Source: an uncultured Gemmatimonadales bacterium
GTDB lineage: Bacteria > Gemmatimonadota > Gemmatimonadetes > Gemmatimonadales > Gemmatimonadaceae
Direction: 5' to 3'
NCBI GenBank assembly: GCA_963793305.1
Contig: CAWBZV010000002.1
Span: 320,001 to 384,000, forward strand
Length of the DNA stretch: 64,000 bases
The notes under the pieces are model-generated. The model saw only the letters and a program-made list of their open reading frames with translations, was not told where the DNA came from and made no database searches. Position numbers and translations under genes: made by a program. Below, in pieces: positions 59,846 to 64,000 of this stretch (positions within the stretch are counted from its first letter, which is position 1; each line of letters begins with the position of its first letter).

Positions 59846-61330
59846 ATGAATCGCCGTTTCGCCCTGTTTCCCTTGAGCGCTCTCATCCTCGCCGCTGGTT
59901 GCGGTGCTTTCAGCGAGGCGATGAGCGCGCACGTCGACGTGGCGGCGCGCGCCGGCTCCCAAGAGCTGTCGGTCGACCGTTTGGCGTCACTGCTGGCGCA
60001 TGCCAAGGCGCCGCTCCAGAAAGAACTGGCGCACCAACTGACCGACCTGTGGGTCGACTATCAGCTGCTGGCGGAAGCCGCCGCGCGCGGCGATTCGCTG
60101 AACAGCGCCAAGGATCAGGATGAGGCGCTCTGGGCGGTGATCGGCTCGGCGCGTGCCAGAAAGTGGCTGGAGATCGTGTCGAAGACGTGGGGCGGTAACG
60201 ATACCGCGCAGTACGCGGCAAAGTACGCGTCCGGCGACCTGCTGTCGGCACGTCACATTCTGATCATGGCGCCGCGCGGCGATACATCGAAGACCGCGCA
60301 GGACTCGGTCCGCCGGAAGGCCGAAGCGATTCGCGCCAAGGTGACGAAGACCAACTTCGCCCAGATGGCGAGTGAGAACAGCCAGGACCCGGGCTCGGCT
60401 CGGCAGGGCGGTGATCTCAAAGTGTTCCAGAAAGGCCAGATGGTGCCGGAGTTCGAGAAGGCCATCGTGGCGACCACGCCGGGTCAGGTCACAGCGGGTG
60501 TCGTGAAGACTCAGTTCGGTTACCACATCATATATCGCCCGACGTTCGACGAAGTGAAGGGTGAGGTCGCCCAGGCGGCGGGCGGTCGCCAGAAGCAGGT
60601 CGCCGAGAGCACGTACCTGGCCAAGCTCGATTCGAATGGCCACATCAACGTCCTGCCGAACGCCGTCACCACGGTCAAGGCCGTCGCCAGCGACATCGAT
60701 GCGCACAAGAGCGACAAGACGGTCGTGGCGACGTTGATCAATGGTGATTTCACGTCGGCCGATCTCGCCCACTGGTTGTCGCTGTTCCCGGCGGCGCAGC
60801 GCTCGCGCCTCACCACCGACGTGCCGGACTCGCAGGTGCCGATGATCGTCAAAGGCTTCATCCGGAATGAGCTCGTCATGCGCCAGGCCGACAGCGCCAA
60901 GGTGACGCTCGACTCGGCCCAGCAGGCAGATATTCACAAGCAATACGAAGGGCTCGTCACGAGCTCGTGGAGCGCGCTTGGCGTGGATCCGAAGGCGCTC
61001 TCCGACAGCGCCAAAGCGGTCCCGGCCAGAGAGCGGATCGCGGCCGCGCACATCGACTCGTACCTGGATAAGCTGCTGTCGCAGACCCCGGGCGTGCGTT
61101 TCGTCGAGGTTCCGACGCCGCTCGAAGACGTGCTGCGGCAGCAATATGAGTTCAAGCTGAACGAGGCGGGTATCGATCGCGCGCTGGCTCGGGCTACGGC
61201 CGAGCGGCATACGACCGATTCCGCGAAGTCGGCGTCGGAGCCGGCGTCAGCGGTCCCACTCCCTGGCATGGTCCCGGCTACCCCAGCACCACAGGGGAGC
61301 CCTAACCCGAACACGCCGCCGAAACACTGA
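59846..61330 (+). CDS. Peptidyl-prolyl cis-trans isomerase (parvulin/PpiC type) lipoprotein
   Basis: Lipobox AAGC, 'ARHILI', 'S.DPGSA..GGDL', 'MVPEFE', 'TQFGYHII'. Confidence 0.88.
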   Translation: MNRRFALFPLSALILAAGCGAFSEAMSAHVDVAARAGSQELSVDRLASLLAHAKAPLQKELAHQLTDLWVDYQLLAEAAARGDSLNSAKDQDEALWAVIGSARARKWLEIVSKTWGGNDTAQYAAKYASGDLLSARHILIMAPRGDTSKTAQDSVRRKAEAIRAKVTKTNFAQMASENSQDPGSARQGGDLKVFQKGQMVPEFEKAIVATTPGQVTAGVVKTQFGYHIIYRPTFDEVKGEVAQAAGGRQKQVAESTYLAKLDSNGHINVLPNAVTTVKAVASDIDAHKSDKTVVATLINGDFTSADLAHWLSLFPAAQRSRLTTDVPDSQVPMIVKGFIRNELVMRQADSAKVTLDSAQQADIHKQYEGLVTSSWSALGVDPKALSDSAKAVPARERIAAAHIDSYLDKLLSQTPGVRFVEVPTPLEDVLRQQYEFKLNEAGIDRALARATAERHTTDSAKSASEPASAVPLPGMVPATPAPQGSPNPNTPPKH

Positions 61331-61353
61331 GCCACCCTCGCGGGTATTTGCCA

Positions 61354-62991
61354 ATGATGCATTTGCATTGGCTCGTCCTGTTGGCCCCGGCCGTTTGTCT
61401 GGCCCAACAGTCGCCACCGCCCCCTCCGGATACCACCCACCCGGGGCCGACGGTCATCCAGACCGAGGTCAAGTCGGTCTCGCTGCCGATGAGCGCGACG
61501 GCCCCAGGGTCGGCGGCGACGGCTGCCGCCGCGGCTGCCGTCGTTCCACCGTCGTCCTCGGCTCCGCCGGCGACCTCCGTATCAACTCGACCGGAGACGC
61601 CGGCAGCGTCGGCCGCCGACTCCGCGAGCGCGGCAGCCCCGGCCGGACCGCGGGCGCCCGATCTGCCTGTCGGTACCGTTATTCCGCTGGAACGTGTCGT
61701 CGCCGTCGTGGGCGATCAGGCAGTGCTCTGGAGCAGCGTGCTCGAGAACATCAACGTGAAGAAGGCCGAGGGCATGCCGATCCCTGAGGACTCGGTCGGC
61801 CAGATGACGCTTATCACCCAGGTCGTGAACGATCTCGTCGACCAGGAGCTGCTCGTTCAAAAGGCGAAGGATCTCAAAGTCGACGTTGCCGACGAGGATG
61901 TGGCCGCCGGTGTCGACAACCAGATCAAGCGCGTGCGCAGTCAGTTTGCGAGCGACGCCGAATACAAATCAGAGCTCAAGAAAGCAGGCTTTGGGACACC
62001 CGAGGAGTATCGAAAGGGGCTCCTGGAGCAGGCGAAGCGTAGTGAGCTCCAGCGTCGCGTGGTCCAGAAGCTCAAAGAGGACGGCAAGCTGATTCCGGTG
62101 AACGTATCGGAGAAGGAAGTGTCCGACGCGTTCGACCAGCACCGCAGTAGCCTCCCGCACCGCCCAGCCGCAGTCACGTTCCGTCAGATCGTGATCGCGC
62201 CCAAGCCCTCGGCGGCCGCGAAGGCACTGGCGCACGCCAAGGCCGATACGCTGCTCGCGGATCTCAAACACGGCGCCGACTTCGCCGAGCTGGCAAAGCG
62301 GGCATCCGACGAAGCCTCCACGCGCGAGACCGGCGGCGACCTCGGCTGGAACCGCCGTGGCAACATGGTACCCGAGTTCGACAGGTGGATGTTCGCGCTG
62401 CCGCCGGGACAAATGAGCCCGGTCATCGAGACGACCTTTGGGTTCCACATTATCAAGGTCGATCGCGTGCGCCCGGGCGAGGTCAAGGCCAGCCAGATCC
62501 TGATCAAGTGGAAAATCGACTCGGGCCAGGTGGTCGCCGCGCGCGCCGAGGCGGATAGCGTGCTCCGCCAGTGGCGGAACGGTACGGTCTTCGACACGCT
62601 GGTTGCCAAGTACCACGATCCGAACGAGGAGAAGGGGAGTCTGCAGCCGTTCCCGCGTGACTCCCTGCCGCCCACCTATCAGGCCGCGTTTGCCGGGCAC
62701 GTCAGCCGTGATTTCGTGGGGCCGTTCCCGATCCCCGATCGCGTCACTGGTTCGCAGAAGTTTGTCATCGCCGAGATTCTCGACACGCAGGAAGGCGGCG
62801 ACTATACCGTTGCGGACCTCAAGCAAACGATCCGCGCGCAGCTGCAGGAGGAGCGCTCGTTCCGGCGGCTCCTCGACGGGTTGCGGAAAGACACGTACGT
62901 GTCGATCCGCATCGAGCCACCGACGGCCGAGCCGGCGCCGAAGACGACCAGCCAAAAACCACCAGTTGAAACTGGCGATCACGGTCGGTGA
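61354..62991 (+). CDS. surA: SurA-type periplasmic chaperone/PPIase
   Basis: 'ERVVAVVG', SurA N domain, 'F.ELA...S.....GGDLGW', 'FGFHII', directly upstream of pdxA. Confidence 0.85.
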   Translation: MMHLHWLVLLAPAVCLAQQSPPPPPDTTHPGPTVIQTEVKSVSLPMSATAPGSAATAAAAAAVVPPSSSAPPATSVSTRPETPAASAADSASAAAPAGPRAPDLPVGTVIPLERVVAVVGDQAVLWSSVLENINVKKAEGMPIPEDSVGQMTLITQVVNDLVDQELLVQKAKDLKVDVADEDVAAGVDNQIKRVRSQFASDAEYKSELKKAGFGTPEEYRKGLLEQAKRSELQRRVVQKLKEDGKLIPVNVSEKEVSDAFDQHRSSLPHRPAAVTFRQIVIAPKPSAAAKALAHAKADTLLADLKHGADFAELAKRASDEASTRETGGDLGWNRRGNMVPEFDRWMFALPPGQMSPVIETTFGFHIIKVDRVRPGEVKASQILIKWKIDSGQVVAARAEADSVLRQWRNGTVFDTLVAKYHDPNEEKGSLQPFPRDSLPPTYQAAFAGHVSRDFVGPFPIPDRVTGSQKFVIAEILDTQEGGDYTVADLKQTIRAQLQEERSFRRLLDGLRKDTYVSIRIEPPTAEPAPKTTSQKPPVETGDHGR

Positions 62992-63817
62992 TCCTCGGGG
63001 CATAGGCCCCGAGGTCGTCGCGGCCGCGCTCGCCGATCCCCGCGTCACGTCGGCCGCGGAGTATGTCGTGATAGGCTCGCATGCGGCCGCGGCCCTCCCA
63101 GCGCCCGATGCCGGTCGTCGCGCTGGCGAGGCCGTGGTGCGAGCGGTCGAGCTGGCGCTCGCCGGCGAAGTAGACGGAATCGTCACCGCGCCTCTGGACA
63201 AGGCCGCGCTCCTCGCCGGCGGCTACGATTTCCCTGGCCACACGGAAATGCTGGCGGCACTGACGGGCTCGCGGGTGGCGATGATGCTGGCGTCCGATCG
63301 CCTGCGCGTGGTTCTCGCCACCACACACATTCCCCTCCGCGAAGTCCCCGACGCCGTGACCCGGTCTGCCATCACCTCGACCGCCGACATCACCCGATCA
63401 GGGCTCCGCGATTGGTTCGGCGTCGCCGAGCCAAGGCTAGCCCTCTGCGCGCTCAACCCTCACGCGGGCGACGGCGGACGCTTCGGCGACGAAGATGATC
63501 GCGTCCTCGCACCAGCGGCGCGGGAAGCCGGTCTGGCGGGCCCATTTCCGGCAGACACAGTATTTGTGCGCGCGATACGTGGCGAATTCGACGCTGTGAT
63601 CGCACCGTATCATGATGTGGGCATGACCGCAATCAAAGTCGCGTCGTTTGGCGAAGCGGTGAACGTCACCCTCGGCCTGCCGTTCCCACGCACGTCGCCA
63701 GATCATGGTACGGCACTGGATATCGCCGGGCGTGGAATCGCGGACCCATTGAGCATGATCGCGGCCGTACTCACGTGTGCCGCCATTGTGAATAGAAGAT
63801 GCGCCGCGCGCTCGTAG
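62966..63817 (+). CDS. pdxA: 4-hydroxythreonine-4-phosphate dehydrogenase
   Basis: TTG 62966 'LAITVGDP.GIGPE', 'GHTE', 'TTHIPL', 'LNPHAG', 'YHD', 'NVTLGLP..RTSPDHGTA.DIAG'. Confidence 0.96.
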   Translation: MKLAITVGDPRGIGPEVVAAALADPRVTSAAEYVVIGSHAAAALPAPDAGRRAGEAVVRAVELALAGEVDGIVTAPLDKAALLAGGYDFPGHTEMLAALTGSRVAMMLASDRLRVVLATTHIPLREVPDAVTRSAITSTADITRSGLRDWFGVAEPRLALCALNPHAGDGGRFGDEDDRVLAPAAREAGLAGPFPADTVFVRAIRGEFDAVIAPYHDVGMTAIKVASFGEAVNVTLGLPFPRTSPDHGTALDIAGRGIADPLSMIAAVLTCAAIVNRRCAARS

Positions 63818-64000
63818 TTCTTCTCACCGTTGGTTGTATCAGCGTGCGTCCAGAGCCGCGTCCCACACCCGCGGCCACACCTCCGGCGACAGGGCCAGCG
63901 CAGACGGCTGTACAATGGTCGGCAGACAGCGCCGTCGTTCGCGCGCTGATCGCCGAAGGGATGACGCACTCGCACGTGAGCACGGATCTCGCGTACCTGT
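63799..64000 (+). CDS. Exported protein/lipoprotein, probable M28 family peptidase, 5' part (runs off the window edge)
   Basis: My translation MRRALVVLLTVGC...VVRALIAEGMTHSHVSTDLAYL resembles the 'EG...SQV...L..L.D.IG' N-terminus of M28/carboxypeptidase Q proteins. Confidence 0.55.
   Translation, partial: MRRALVVLLTVGCISVRPEPRPTPAATPPATGPAQTAVQWSADSAVVRALIAEGMTHSHVSTDLAYL

Overview
GC-rich, densely coding bacterial chromosome segment. The lineage is probably Gemmatimonadota, inferred from the ADOP-type permease, the general gene content and the mfd-PPIase-surA-pdxA order. I count about 58 genes and found no tRNA, rRNA, CRISPR array or transposase. Left half (1-34.4 kb): envelope and accessory genes, including htrA, a DUF5671/GldA-GldFG-DUF4340 ABC operon, secreted peptidases, beta-propellers, an HTH-SRPBCC operon, mscL, an spdH-like oxidoreductase, csbD, NAPRTase, MATE, and a 5'-truncated Rhs toxin module with two exported partner genes. 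Right half: a long minus-strand run (ydjC-lepA-waaF-ROK-pfkB-HATPase/STAS pair-metB-like-ftsEX-envC, then a RAPP leader ORF-czcCBA-like pump, pckA and sulfocyanin), followed by DUF58-BatA-mfd-PPIase-surA-pdxA on the plus strand. About 16 apparent single-base frameshifts, some in ftsE and mfd, suggest long-read errors, and five of them share a GACGTC context. Most interesting: (1) an ~83-85 bp three-hairpin element present twice, once as an in-frame 27-codon insertion inside a beta-propeller gene and once in the czc leader; (2) a CxxC/RAPP arrest-type leader ORF whose last codons can base-pair with the Shine-Dalgarno of czcC; (3) an orphan Rhs HExxH toxin tip; (4) back-to-back sigma54 promoters; (5) a PLP enzyme homolog lacking its catalytic Lys; (6) widespread leaderless promoters. 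All family assignments come from motif recognition only, with no database search.
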